A stretch of DNA of 62,567 bases, filler included, from Choristocarpus tenellus KU-1152 (lineage: Eukaryota > Protista > Phaeophyceae): NCBI GenBank assembly GCA_964200185.2. It is 10 parts of 10 records of this genome, joined end to end, with 100 filler letters (N's around TTAATTAATTAA, not from the genome) between each part and the next. Parts side by side here need not be neighbours in the genome. Positions count along the whole stretch, not along the records: positions 9,849 to 16,857 come from CAXNAD020006873.1; positions 16,958 to 22,606 come from CAXNAD020010140.1; positions 22,707 to 26,553 come from CAXNAD020017589.1; positions 26,654 to 32,398 come from CAXNAD020009856.1; 6 more parts are not named here. The stretch is one strand, 5' to 3'. Numbering within the stretch: position 1 is the stretch's first letter; each line of letters opens with the position of its first letter. The notes beneath the pieces were generated by a model that had not been told where the DNA came from, searched no databases, and saw only the letters and a list, made by a program, of their open reading frames with translations. A program made the position numbers and the translations under genes. Shown in pieces: positions 13,581-27,384 of the stretch.

Positions 13581-15407
13581 GGGGGGGTACTATAACCATA
13601 CGCAATGAAACGGTAAGCTTTGATTACATACCGCATAGAGGGGTATACGTGCGATGTGGGTAGTTAGACACTAAGGAACCATTACTAGAGGAGAGGTCAA
13701 CAGTCGAAACTGGTTGATGGTACTGGATTGTATCTATATACAATAAAGGAAGTTGTTACCTTTAACAATTGCGTGGTCACCAACCACAAACGATCATCAC
13801 ATTACAAGGATAAAAATTCTTTTAGTTATTGACGGACCCTGAATATTTTTTTGTCACTTCTATTTGTACTTCCTATTTCTTGTAACAAGAATAAATTATG
13901 ACTACTATCTGGATTTTTTTTTTCTGTCTCATCAAACCATCGAGAAATTGCATATTCACCTCGATAGTGGCGAGTTTTCAGCAAGTAGTGTCTTGTCTTT
14001 GAAAGTCTTTTTCCCACAACACAATTACCATGCTGATTTCTACAAAATATTCTGGAGACTATGGTTTTTGATATTTTTTATTGCTCTTAAGATGGGGCGT
14101 ACTGGCGTGAGATTAACCTCTCTATATGCAATTGTGTTGGAAATAAATGAGATATATTATACACTGAATTCCTTGTGTTTCTCCGTGATGGCGATACTTG
14201 ATTCTCATTCACCGTATGATTGTAAATACAGTAGTACAACAACAGTATGTTCTATGCAGCGATCTCCGCCACATCCCCAGCACCCCCTCGAGACTCACTA
14301 CCTTGCTGAATATTCTCATGCCGCTATGTTTGAATGAATTTTCGTTTGCGCTCCTGGTCCTGCCATCTGTGAATACCTCGTGAGAGGAAGTCATTTGAGG
14401 TTTCAGTGCTGAAGATAACTCCTCAAGCTGTTTGGCAAGAGATATTCGCATGCAGATTTGCATTGTATGGATATAGAGGTGATTCCGAGCCTTTGTCTTT
14501 TATCCTGTTAAAGCAAGGAAGTCCCTGCTCGAAGCCCACATAAACATGCCCACAAAACCATGTCGCAAGATGATGTATACCTTCTCGACCAGCTTGTACA
14601 AAGGTTTCCTAATGTGAATTTTCATCCCGGACTGTATGCCAAAAAGTCACAAACAATAGTACAAATACATCGCTCTGGCGCTTACTCTCCTTCTCCTCGT
14701 GTGATATGTCCTTTTCCGGCTGTGCCATTGAGCTTCTAGGTTCTCCTGCACCTCACACTCAGGCATTGGCCAGCGTGTGGTTACTTCTGATGCTGGACAA
14801 GAGGAGCTCGCGAACATCACCCCTTTTTTAGTATATCCTGCATTATATGCTTGGCTTTATATAGAGGAACCGAAACTCAAATAATAAATATGCGTCTTCT
14901 CAGCTTTGTGGGCAATACCTGGACTGCGCACCCATTGAAAGGGACTCATCACCAGCTACAATATACTCGTCCTCTTCAACTATGGCTTTGTTGGAGTTTA
15001 TCACACCTTTTCCGTTCCATCCCCACTACCGCCTCCCCTCTTTGCCCTTGGCGAGCATATTGGTAAGTAATGATTTTTGCCGATCTTTTGCCTTCCCCCC
15101 TTCCACCTCCACTCCCACAGCCCCCTTTGCATATACGGTGACCCACTAGTCAATCGTGTACGGTTCACCTTTCCCCTCCCCCTTCCGCGTGTCAGTTCCA
15201 TCCTCAATAGAATAAGAGCTGCCTGCCCTGTCAAGGAAGGCCTACATAGTGCATTGCCTCCTGCCACGTGCCTACCCTGTATATCCACAGCAGGGAAACA
15301 CACCCCAGACGGTTCAACGCTCTAGTACTGGGGGCTGGAGGCTAGAGTCCAGGCTGAAAGCTCCGTATTTTTCCGTTTCAGAGTACAGAGGATAAGCCCT
15401 CAATAGA

Positions 15408-15665
15408 GAGTCAAAGTAAGCGAGAGGTACCCAGAGTTGCATTTTAAGGATGGTGACAAATATGTGCAAAATCCAGCTCTATTTACAAACAAGTATACGA
15501 TATTTTCTTAATTATGTCCAAAATTCTCAAATATTAGAGAAATCAACACTCCCAAGTCAAACTTAACACTTCATCGATAGAGATATGGGTGAAATGGAAA
15601 GATTGAATCACTGGCTTAAAATGCAAAATTACCAAAACCTGTGTATCTCTTGTTTACTTTAACTC
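15408..15665 (+). mobile_element. MITE family C copy
   Basis: TIRs GAGTCAAAGTAAGCGAGAGGTAC ... GTATCTCTTGTTTACTTTAACTC; TSD AGA/AGA. Confidence 0.85.
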
Positions 15666-15899
15666 AGAAAAAGTCAAAATCCTGGCATGTGTGAAGCCTT
15701 GGTAGGCATTGGTTGTGTAGTATCCTCCCATATGCATTCCTTACACAGAAATACAATCTGGTCTTCAATTGTGCATAGTGGCACCTACTATCAAGGCACC
15801 TACTATCAACAACCCAGCAGGGCCTCATTTGCCTGTCACCTACTGCCTCACCATTCACCACTTACCCTTAGATATATTATGGACAACCCTAGTTTGGTG

Positions 15900-15935
15900 C
15901 GGTCCTGGGTCCGGGGTCCTGGGTCCTGGGTCCTG
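15900..15935. repeat. 7-bp minisatellite (GGGTCCT)n
   Basis: ggtcctgggtccggggtcctgggtcctgggtcctg. Confidence 0.8.
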
Positions 15936-16957
15936 ACCACTGACTATGTGGCATGTCCAACCATAACCCACTAGTGCTGAGTGCTGCTGAATTTCTGCCG
16001 ATAAGCAAGGATAATAAAACGGCAGCAATATTTTTCTGTCCATGAAAAAAACTCCAATTTCAATCGGCAACAATCTCCACTTTAGAGTCAAACGTTGACG
16101 CTTTTTGGCTACTTTCGTTCCCTGCTTTCATACCTTATGCTGGACCCTCCTCTAGAGTTCCACGCGGTCACCCTTATCTTGGTCTGGCGCTTTTGTGGTA
16201 TAGTGACAGACAGGATAGTTTTGATACAGTTGTACACTACAATGGAACAACCGAAAACAGATTTCGATGAGAAGAAGTCTACCATTAAACAAAACAAATA
16301 CATAGATGGTTGGTGCACTCGTGGAAGTGAGTACGTCACCTCAAAAGGTGTCTTAAAATCAGAGAAGAGGTATAGCGTCGATTGGGTTGGAATCCATGTA
16401 GCCCATGCAGAAAAAAGAGGTTTCCTAGTCAATGAGCCACGAGGATGCACATAACCCTCCTAAAACGTACCCATTAGTATGTAACTTCCTGAATTTCAAA
16501 CTTGGACGCAGCGTTTTGGACATACGTAATTTCCTGACCCAAAGCTTCCACAGACATCAGACAGATTCATACCAGGATATGGTGGAGTTTCGTGACGGGA
16601 AATGAGGTTTTGCTGGCGGTGGGTCCAAACTCTACAGGAGGAATCCGGTGTGTTAGTTTATGAGGATTGTATGGGGGTCCATACGTTAAACCCATATCCA
16701 CGCTGGCCCTTGTGGTGGGCAAGAGGAAATGTTAAAATTTCCATCTCGTGTCCCTTTGCATCATCCAGAAGGTTGGCGAACTCTGTTACAGGCGCCCCTC
16801 AATGCTCACCTTCCAGGATGTACAACTCAAATCCAACGACCTCAAAACGATGCTATGNNNNNNNNNNNNNNNNNNNNNNNNNNNNNNNNNNNNNNNNNNN
16901 NTTAATTAATTAANNNNNNNNNNNNNNNNNNNNNNNNNNNNNNNNNNNNNNNNNNNN

Positions 16958-16977
16958 CCCCCAGATACTTTGACCCC
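16958..16977. mobile_element. MITE family B terminus at contig edge
   Basis: CCCCCAGATACTTTGACCC. Confidence 0.6.
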
Positions 16978-19900
16978 ACAGCAAAGAGTTTCAAGGGTCT
17001 GAACAAATTCGTTAAACTTCCTTGACTGTTTGACTCTCCATTCCTAGCAACAAAGTAGTCCTTTTTTTTCCTGTTGCTCAGAACAGTTCAGCAAGAAATC
17101 TGACATTTCAACTCAAGTGTTACAAGGTCACTTCTCATGTGTTGCGAGCACCTTTCTAAACTCATCTTTCTTCATACCATACTGCAGTCTACTTTGGGGG
17201 ATCTTTCGTCAAAACGCCATTTCAAGTAATATTAATTTAGAGGCACGCAGATTTTGGCCCTTGTCGAGTTTGAGTATTTTTATAAAACCCTTTGCAATAC
17301 ACCCAACTTCATTCCACTATACGCACATTAGTGTCTGCGACATTGATATTCTCCCTTTCCACACTCAAAAATATATCACAATTCAGCAAAGACCCTTTCC
17401 ACAACAGTGCAAAAGGCATGTTTTGGCTATTTCACAGGATTTTAGAGGGCAACCTTTGCCTACCCATCAACTACTTTGATTCTTTGAACATATTTCAGTA
17501 TCGAATGTTCAATACTGGTCTCATATTTCCTGATTGGCTACTGCTTCAAACATGCTTCAAAACACACGCAGGTTTGCTACGTAACATGTTATTCTCTTTG
17601 AAACTCTTCACGCACATCAATCATTCATAAGTATTGCTATACACGTACAGCAACATCTACACAAATCTCTAAAATATTATACATTTGAGGCCCATAGTAT
17701 CCTAAAGGGGGGGAACCCACGTAGTCCATTAGTCCAATACCCATTTTGCAGGGGATTTCCCTTCAGATTTGGTTCATGCAGAGGGATGAAAAAGGAAAGT
17801 GTGTTGAGATGAGACAAGTCACCCTTACACCTCACACGTTCACTCAAATGATATGAAAATCACTACAGGATCACAATGGCCCTGAATGGACGACTGACGT
17901 TCCTTCTAGGATACTATGGACCTGAAGTTTGAAACATTTTTTTCCCCAGAGTGCTCCACACACAAATACTCCTGAGTAGATAAAATTACACACTCACCCA
18001 CAAAACACAACCCAACACATTATGGAAAAGTAAAAACTGGAACCAAATTAAACATAAAACACTCATAATATAACCAGAACTGGCCTAACCTAAAATAACA
18101 CAGAACACACATAACGCAACCAACCTACCTCTTCCTTCCACCTCTGCCTGGCCATGTACAGCATAGCACGGCCCTCTGTTGAAGGACGATACTCAAGCAG
18201 TTCCCTGGCAACAAGGCCCAGCCCAGGGGGAGCAGGAGATGGGCATGGTAAGCGTTGTAGGATGGAAGGTGTGTTCCGAGGGTAAGGAGGTTACGTAAGT
18301 AGGGTATGCAAAGAAGAGGACAGAGGGAGGGTGGTGTAGTAGCAATAGAAGATGATCCCAAGTTTGGAGCAGATGGTTGGAAACCAGTAGCTTGTTGAGG
18401 GAGGGAGGTAAGGGGGCTCACTTGTCTCCACTCGCTGTAGCGTTTTTTTCTCGAACCTTCATATTTTTGTACAAAGGAGTTCTAGTGGGTCTCTGCCTAG
18501 CAAGGATAAACGAATTGCAGTGCAAAGAAGCTTTGGCAGTAAGGTTCACTTACGAGGGGGGAGGGGCGTGATGGAGTCTGAAACAAAATCAGATCTAACC
18601 TTTCTTGATACATCACTATAACTTACAAATATGATTACGATCAAAATAAGCAATGAATAAGTAGTAGACCCTCATTCAAGAAGATCCTTAGCCCTAACCA
18701 CCCTAACACTAAACTGTGCTCTATACTATTCAACACAAACTCAGAATATTGAATTGCTTATTCGGTTGTTTTCCTTCTTTAAGGTGACCAGATAAATGGC
18801 GTTGTTAAACAACATACAAGCCATTTTGATTTGGGACAAGCGTGATTGTCATCTCCATCCCATGCGTCATCTCTAGGGTCAATATGGCCCGATATGCCTT
18901 TAAGCGAATTGACACACCATACTAAGGGTGGCCATAGCCTTGTTTGTGGCTTGTACCACAATGCACTGTAGATTAAAGGTGCACAGTTTCGAGTAGAAAC
19001 TCCTGTGTGCCAATCCAGGCCCTTTGCCATGGGCAGTGTTGTGAAAACTGTTGTAAATTTTCCCTCATCAAAGATGGGCACTTGGTATAAATGTTGGTAT
19101 GGTGACTGCCTGCGTGAAATATGCCTCACAATGGATCCGGATGGGGCTGAGATGAGATGAAGACCCCGTGTTGGACTGCCGCACTCCTAAGAAGGATGAG
19201 AGGTATGAAGGATATCAGTGATAATAAGCCCGTTTGTTGTGTCTGTCATTTTTCCATCTCACAAACTTGAGAAGTTGATAGTTCTCGCGTGGGGCATCAC
19301 CTCTTGGGGCTACTGCCCTCAAGATATGTTATGTGGTGTCTTGTCCCATGTCTAAGCACAAGAGGAAGCGAAGGCCATAACAATTGGTGCTAACAACTGG
19401 GCACAGATAGCTTTGGTCCAGACAGTTGAACTACTAGACCTGCTAGGCGAAAGGAGAAGGATCACCGTATTGCTGGGGTGACAAAATCGGAAACTAGGAC
19501 CAACAACAAGAAGAGAGAGAAGGTCCTTGCTTACAGACAGCGTGATGAGAAGGAAATTAGGAAATGAATAATCAAAGTATACATGGAATACCATACCCCG
19601 ACTAATAATGTTGTCACCAAGTCTCAGAGAGTAGTTGTTCCTTGAAGAACGGAGGATATTGTCACACATCAAGTGTACCACCGGGGAACCTCAATTCTTA
19701 ACAGATGTAGTGGAGGGGTTAGCGTAGAACCTCAAAGAGGAGTTAGTGGAGGATGCAGGTTGTACTGCAAGCTCAAAACGTGAGGCTGATGGGGAGGAGG
19801 TGATGGGTCAGAGGACGAGATCAAACACACAATAGTGATGGCTGTGGAGGGGCAAGTCGCCTTATGTCTCTCCCCTTGTTGAAATGGTACCGCATTCTCT

Positions 19901-22397
19901 TGAGTTGAGATGAGGGCTGCGAGTGGACTCTTGAGAGCCTATGCTTTGATAATTGCGGTTCAAACGGGTATTTAACAGTCCCTTGACTGATTGATGCGTG
20001 CTACCACAGCAGTATGGATTCAATGTTACTTCTGTTAGCTCAACTTACTTCCCCATTGGTACCGTGATATCTATGGTATATTCTTGATAATAATCAGAGG
20101 TCAAGTCAAGGCCCTTGATACCCAGCTTATCTGTGAGCGACCATCCCACTACCCAACCCCGCATCAAGCACGGTCACCTTGATCTTTGCATTTCAGTTAG
20201 GCTTACGGTCATCATACCCACATCAAAAATACTATTGTTCTCCCTCCATTACGAGATCCTGTATTCATTCAATGAAAGAGAGTCCGGAAGGCAGCAAGCT
20301 GTGCCAGGGTTCGAATCCATGTCCTCTGACTTTGTCAAACACTCTGAAGAATTGAGAAATAAACTGTGTAACAGGGACAGTAAGATGGTACAACTACATA
20401 AATTTCTTATTGCAGGGACATAGCACCATGGTAAAGTGGCTAATACGACTCATAAATATGTCAACCATACATGGTAAGGAATGTATTTTTTTATTAGCCA
20501 CTACAGGCTTATCTAGAAAAACGTTCCGCTTAGAGGTGTTTAAGGCATTAATTTGAGCTCACATGCTTTCCACTTCAAGGCATTTTGGCCAAATATGTGA
20601 GCGAAGTCGGACTGGGACAAGGTCTACTGGGACAAAGTGACCACCACAATATATTTAATCCGAAAGAAAGGAAACAATTACTTGGTTCACTTCAATTTTC
20701 TTAGACTACAATGTTACCTTCCGCAAATATATTGCTGCGCACCACATAATGGTAATTTTTTTATGAAGCGGTGCGAAAGATATTGTAAACATATATTATC
20801 GAAAGTGAGATTGCGTATCTTCACGCCTTACAATTGTTCAAGTTATTTGTAGAGAACTGTAAAAATGGGAAATGTCAGTTGGTCATCAAATACAGTATCA
20901 CCCTCGCCACCCAATCACAACCTCGAATCGCTCCAAAATCTGCTGGTATCTAGTTTTCCACGGACAACAAACTGCTATGTACTCAACCTACTTATCACAA
21001 GTGGTTTATGGTAAAAAGTCAGATTTATGTATGGAACTCAGGTGTTTTGGAACACAATCTGATTTGTGTTGTGCTGATTTCTCCAGGCTTAACAGAAAAC
21101 GGAATAATGAAGTAAGCTCTACAAATACCCTAATGAGTGTGTCTAGATGTATGTATGTGCGTATGCACGTTATGTGCCCATATCTTGCTCACTCATACAT
21201 GATGGCCCTGATCTCGTTGATGACCCTTTTCTTGTGTTGCCCATGCCCACCAGTACCATCAGCAGGACCACCACCCCCCCCCCCCCCCCCCCCCCCCCTT
21301 TCCCACCCCTACCCCAACCAACGCTGCGCCCCGCGTTCTCTTCCCAGCATCTGCAGATAAGCGGCAACATCAAGGGAGTCATTCAGAAGGGGATGGGACA
21401 GAGGAGGGAAGGAAATTGCGTTGGGTATATTAAAGATAGATTTACGAAATGGAATGTTTACTTCAGAGTAATCCAGATATCGCATGGTCATAGATCTAGT
21501 AAAAAAGTTATTTAATCGTCTTTGGAGTCAGAAATAATGTAGGAATGAATTAATACTACTCTATTGCAAGAATATATTGCACATGGGAAGTCTGTATAAT
21601 ACTTTGCACTGCATCTTCATATCTAGCGTATGGCTTAGGGTTAGGGTCCTATCCGAGTAAACTTCTGAGCATATTACTCACACTACTATCCACTGGGTAG
21701 GCTCTCAGACCCACCTTTCCTATGCCACCAATCCAACAGACTGCAAACATTGCGCAGCAAGTAACCAGATTGTTGTATGACAGGTCAATGGCCGATTACC
21801 CGGGGCAAGGGATATTTAGATAAACAAAAAAATCGAACAATAAAAGTGGGCGCGTATACACTGCCTACTTTTTCCTTTGGAGTCGCAATAGACAGCGATA
21901 TTGTATTATAGAGGAAAATGTCTTGTTCTGATCCAGCTGGTACGCTGAAACTGCGTATCCAAAATGTTGGCAAAAAACGTATTATGTTGTTATGTAATGG
22001 ATGGTGGTATTACCCTCCAACACGAGGGTTACTGAGTTATGTTAACAGTAGATTAAAAACCTTAGAGTAGCCTGATTAGTAGGCTTCTGGGTATATTGTA
22101 TCCATCACACAGATTAAAACATCCCGTTGAAAATCTCTGAACACATGTTATGCTTGGTGAGGGACAACACTGTACCCACACGTCCATCATGACCCTGTCA
22201 GGGCTCAATCCTAACCACGATATAAATCTTTGGATTTGGTGTAACACCTTTCTCATGTGGATGGGTATATAGACTGTTATTATACCAGTGTATCCTTCTG
22301 CCACTGCAAATGTACGCCAAGTTCATGTGCCAAGAATAAGAAGGTAATGATTACTGGAAAATTATATCGATAGGAAAATGCCTGTCCTCTGTATCAC

Positions 22398-22478
22398 CTG
22401 AGAGTGCAGGTCGGCGAGGTAAGGATGATTGAGTGTCTCCTCCACGCTGATCCGTTTTGCTGGATTAAACACAAGCTT
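22398..22478 (-). pseudogene. Isolated MAP kinase-like exon (kinase subdomain XI and CD region)
   Basis: KLVFNPAKRISVEETLNHPYLADLHSQ followed by a GT donor, matching the MAPK consensus MLxFNPxKRIxVEEALxHPYLxxLH. The acceptor looks degenerate and no other MAPK exons were found. Confidence 0.65.
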
Positions 22479-22580
22479 TTGGCAATGGAAGGGTGGGGGT
22501 ATACAGGTGGTTAAGACACCAGCATGGTGCAGTGTTGAACATGCAAACACACAACACAGAAGCACAGGGATGGCGGTAGA

Positions 22581-22887
22581 GACCCAAAGTATCTGTGGGA
22601 GGGGGGNNNNNNNNNNNNNNNNNNNNNNNNNNNNNNNNNNNNNNNNNNNNTTAATTAATTAANNNNNNNNNNNNNNNNNNNNNNNNNNNNNNNNNNNNNN
22701 NNNNNNAAAAAAACATGGGAAGCCAAGCCCCAAATGGACAAATAGGGCAAAATCCGTACCCTCTAAGATACTTTCACTCTGATTTGGTTGCGTACGTCGG
22801 AGGGATAATGTAAATGCACTTTTCCTGGTTTTGGTCCAATGTACACCCTGGTGTAGACCCCCCTCACCCCCCCAGATACTTTGGGTC
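22581..22887. mobile_element. MITE family B pieces with a MITE A end (22707-22779) abutting them, spanning a gap
   Basis: GACCCAAAGTATCTG at 22581 and CAGATACTTTGGGTC ending at 22887. The family A TIR TACCCTCTAAGATACTTTCACTC ends at 22779 and runs directly into B internal sequence. Confidence 0.7.
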
Positions 22888-23863
22888 ACAACTCTCCGCG
22901 AGAGTTGTGACGGAAGGGGATGAGACATGGACGATCACGATGCTTCTTCTCCCGTGAAAAAAACTGTCCTGGGAAAGGAGAAACAGGTCTCCAAACCAGA
23001 TACCGGACGACGGACGGACGGATGTCAAAGCAACTTGATTTTAGTGAGGAAAATCACCCCCCTCGCCCATCGAACCACAACCAACTCGAACCTATCTAAT
23101 AATACTAGGAGTGCTTCAATGGTTACATCAAGCTTTATTTCAACGAAAAATTCGACTCCGACCAAAGGTTAGAGCAGGACAAATTCTGTCCGAGAGGTGA
23201 CTGCGACACCATAGTATCAAGATTGTGCTTGTCCATTTGTGACAATAAGATTCGAAGTCATATTGGATGTACGCACAAACGATGATGCGGGACATTTGCG
23301 ATATTTCTATGGGGTATTTGATCAGAAGAAGTTTCGCGGAATGTTAGAATAAGGAATGTTTCTGAAGTGTTGTAGAGAACTGTCAGGTCATTTGGTATTG
23401 TGAACTTTTTGCTGTAAGGTTTGGTGAACCCCATCTGGAGATGGTGTCTCACTCTCTTCTCAACTCTGATAGAAGCTAATAAACAATAATATAACAACTG
23501 GTTGTGTGGGACACAACAGATCGTCAAGGACTGCTTAACACCTAGCAATACGACCAGATTTACAGTCTTCCCCCAATACCCTTGTTCCAATAACCCCTCC
23601 AACATCGTGTGAACATGTCCAGAAATATTTGAACATGGGCTCATCCCTCACCCATGTTTTGAGTGTTTCGGCACGTAGACTCAATCCTTGAACAGGAAGA
23701 AGGGCGTCTGTCGATGGGTGCACTCTATTTTGCACGATGGCGATGGATCATTTTCTAGGGGATGTTTGTTGTACAAAACCCCCTTTAGATTGTGTTGACA
23801 CAACAACCCTCCTTGCTAAAAAACTCAAAACTGCCCTCATGGAAGATTTCTTACTCCCTACGA

Positions 23864-24116
23864 GACTCAAAGTATCTGGTGGGGGTGGCGGCTGTCCATT
23901 GGGGCCCATTTTTCGATATCGCGATTTTTGTTTGATTTGGTTGTTGTATGGATGGGATGAATAATGTAAGTTCACTTCTCCTGGTCAGAGCTCAAATGAA
24001 CACCCTGGTGTAGAGCTCCGTCTTCCCCTCACAACTAGTGATACGAATTGGTTTTGNNNNNNNNNNAAAGAACCCCCCTGTGGTAGAGCCCCCCCCCCCC
24101 CCAGACACTTTGAGTC
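23864..24116. mobile_element. MITE family B copy (contains 10-N gap)
   Basis: GACTCAAAGTATCTGGTGGGGG ... CCCCCAGACACTTTGAGTC. Confidence 0.75.
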
Positions 24117-25074
24117 ACAATTTGTCTTGAACAAATCCGAGAAGAGCCCATTGCAACGCTTGCTCAGGCCTGTGTGACTGTGCCAAACGTCATGAAGTCA
24201 ATGATCTGCCTGACCACAACCCGACCCCCACTACTTTCACCAGTGCTGTCACCTACAAGCTTCATCATAAGCAGGTTCCTCGTTTGGACTTCATCCATCT
24301 ACAACGAGAGAACCAATGTCTCTGGAAAGGGGTGGATCATCACTGAGCAGGGAAAGCAACCCTGACCCGGCCCTCGGTTCAGTTGTTGACGATTACACCC
24401 GTGACAGCCTGTCCTGCTGGTTGTTCAGCGTCACGACCCCATATCGACCTCAATCATGCAGAGCCCCCAGCAATGCCCTACCACCATCTTGACATGCAGC
24501 ATAGTGCGCTGCAAAATAGTTTGTGCTAGTAGTGTATTGGTTGTGAGGCAATGACCCGTGATGACCACTCTATGCAGACATGCATAGACAATCCAGATGG
24601 TGCTCGTAGGCCATCCTTGCACAATAGGGGAGAGGACATGGACACCAGGATCGAGAAGATAGACAACCAGTTGCTAGTCACTGTTCTCCTCGTCCCTAAG
24701 GGTGCCCAAATGGATTTGACTCTATCCATCTGGGAATGAAAATGGTTTAGTTGACACCATCGTAAGGAGTGGCACGTGTCAGAGGTTGACGCCAGTCACA
24801 CCAATTTCTCCTCAGATACCACTTATCGCCTGTTCGTCTGTTATCAAGCATATTTGTCTGCCCTTGGTTCAACCAAGGTTGTACTATAATGGTCAAACTT
24901 GGTTAAACAGTTCTTTGTGATACTTGTTGAAACCGGGTCACGTTATGGTAAGGGGAATCGTGTGAGGCTCACAACCTGTTGAAACCTGGGTTCGTATTTG
25001 TTGTGCTTGGTTGTGCTGCGGCTAGCTCCGGCGAAGGGTGTCATAGTGCAACAAAGCACCGGCAAGTTTGTTCT

Positions 25075-25331
25075 GAGTGAAAATATCTTCGAGGGTACAT
25101 GTTTTGCCCTGTTCGTCCATTTGCGGCTTGGCTTCCCACGTTTCTTTTATGACATTTTTCTGCTCAAAAATGTTTCGGATTAGGTCAAATGTATACATTA
25201 TGAAAAGGGGTGTCCCGAACAAGGATATTGACAGTTCCTAACAAACACGATAGCCAAATTACATCAAAATCGCAACATGGGATTTTATCCCCCAAATGGA
25301 CGCGCCCCTACCCTCTAGGATACTTTGGCTC
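25075..25331 (+). mobile_element. MITE family A, full copy
   Basis: TIRs intact; flanks TTCT/TTCT. Confidence 0.9.
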
Positions 25332-25763
25332 TTCTGGCAGATCTGACTACATGTTTTGCTCAATCAGATGGTTGATGTGATAGTGGGGGTATTCATTGAG
25401 ACTCTTAAATGAAGAAATGCATGCTCCATGAAGAGGCTTGTCACCTTGGCTTAGAACGGTTTCTGATAATGTTTTTTATGCACTTAAATATATATTTTTA
25501 AAGGTGCATACATCAAAAAATATATACACTTGGTGTAATGACCCTATCACACTAGGATCTAATTGAAGAGGCAGAGTTATATTTCTACATAATTTTTTTT
25601 CATTGTTTTCAGCTAAGGATTATCTGTTCCGTGTCCATCCTATACTAACAGAGAGCACATACAGGATATTTTGCACTATTAGTCCGCTCAAAGCCACCTG
25701 AATGTACGAGCAATAGGCATTTTACCGACATGCCCCTTCGAGATGTGACCTATTGCGTGTCCT

Positions 25764-26256
25764 GAGTGAAAGTATCTTAGATTGTACCAGTTTTGCCCTG
25801 TTTGTCCGTTTGGGGCTTGACTTCCCAGGGGGTTTTTATGACAATTTCCTAGCTCTGAAATGTTTTGGAGTAGGTAGAATGTGTAAGCTATGAAAAGGTG
25901 TGTCCAGCAACAAGGATGATATTGACACTTACTAACAAACACGATAGCCAAAAATACGTCAAAATCAGAGCCAAATTATCTTAGAGGGTAGAGCCGTGTC
26001 CATTTGGGGGCCAAAACCCGATGTTGCGATTGGATATAATTTTGGCTATCGTGCTTGTTAGGAAGTGTCAATATCCTTGTTCCAGACATACCTTTTCAAA
26101 ATGTATATATTTTACCTACTCCGAAATATTTCGGAGGAGAATTGGAGTTTGAGAATTGGTTTAGGAGTAGGAAAATGTCATAAAAAAATCCTTGGGAAGC
26201 CAAGCCCCAAATGGACAAACAGGGCAAAACTCGTACCCTCTAAGATACTTTCACTA
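25764..26256. mobile_element. MITE A (25764-25967, +) interrupted by an inverted MITE A (25968-26256, -)
   Basis: The inner copy is flanked by TCA/TCA; the host sequence resumes briefly (CAAC) after it. Confidence 0.85.
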
Positions 26257-26354
26257 TCACAACTTTGTTTTGCTCACGAATTCTGGATTATTATATATTA
26301 TTCTATGTTTGCATTCCCCCCTATTCCCTTTCCTCCCCACATTATATCACCCCT

Positions 26355-26553
26355 TGTGACCAACCAGTGTGACCTCTTTGCCACTGATTTTCCGTCCTCT
26401 CCCCCCCCTTTGCGATGATGACCAACCAATGTGAACCCCTTTCGCCACTGATTTCCAGTCACCCCCAACATCTGATGACCCACTAGGACGAACCCCCTTC
26501 ACTGGTGATTTCCAGTCACCCCACACATTTGATGACCAACCAGGGCGAACCCC
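26355..26553. repeat. ~55-60 bp degenerate tandem repeat, ~3.5 copies, running into gap
   Basis: Units begin tgaccaaccagtgtgacc / tgaccaaccaatgtgaacccc / tgacccactaggacgaacccc / tgaccaaccagggcgaacccc. Confidence 0.75.
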
Positions 26554-26674
26554 NNNNNNNNNNNNNNNNNNNNNNNNNNNNNNNNNNNNNNNNNNNNTTA
26601 ATTAATTAANNNNNNNNNNNNNNNNNNNNNNNNNNNNNNNNNNNNNNNNNNNNGCTGACACCTACGGGTGGCCC

Positions 26675-26835
26675 GGGGGGGGGCGGGGGGGGTGGGGGGT
26701 CTACACCAGGGTGTCCATTTGGGTCAAAATCAGAAAAGTGCATTTACATTATCCATTTGACCTATGCAACCAAATCATCAAAAAATCGCATCATTAATAA
26801 TTGACCCCAAACGGACAGCCGCTGCCCCCCCCAGT
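26675..26835. mobile_element. MITE family B internal fragment
   Basis: ACACCAGGGTGTCCATTTGGGTCAAAATCAG...GGACAGCCGC matches 38653-38826. Confidence 0.7.
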
Positions 26836-27125
26836 CCTGAAAGAGTAAAATTATTTAACTGAAAAATAATGTAATCAACGCTTTGAAAAAAAATTAAACT
26901 CCTCAGGGAAAGCTTCGTTAAATGTAAAATAACAGTTAGCCGTCAAAAATAGGTCAGGGCAAGTGAAAATTGAGAACGTTGGTGAAGTGTTGAATACAAA
27001 GCTGAAAATTAAGAGGTATTCAGTATATGGGCATATGTCTCGAGAATTAAAGGCATGGAAATGTTTCCACAATCCAAACTTCACACTGGGAAGGATAGGA
27101 ATATCACCACAGGGGTATCAAACAT

Positions 27126-27384
27126 GAGTGAAAGAATCTTACAGGTTACGAGTTTTGCCCTGTTTGTCCGTTTGGGGCTTGGCTTCCTACGGTTTTTTTA
27201 TGACATGTTACCTACACCGAAATGTTTCTGAGTCGGAAAAATGTATACGCTACAAAAAGGTGTGTCCAGAACAAGGATATTGACACTTCAAAACAAACAC
27301 GATAGCCAAAATTACATCAAAATTGCAACATTGGATTTTAGTCCCCAAATGGACGCTGCTCTACCCTCTAAGATAATTAGACTT
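27126..27384 (+). mobile_element. MITE family A, full copy
   Basis: Slightly degenerate TIRs; TSD CAT/CAT. Confidence 0.85.

Noticed and set aside
20308-20318. GGTTCGAATCC tRNA B-box
   Set aside because: No A-box or cloverleaf could be built around it.
21147-21515. Poly-proline and poly-glycine ORFs
   Set aside because: Produced by a long C homopolymer; no splice or homology support.
26065-26418. Recurrent short ORFs such as MSISLF.../GKPSPKWTNRAKLVPSKIL
   Set aside because: Chance translations of MITE A copies.
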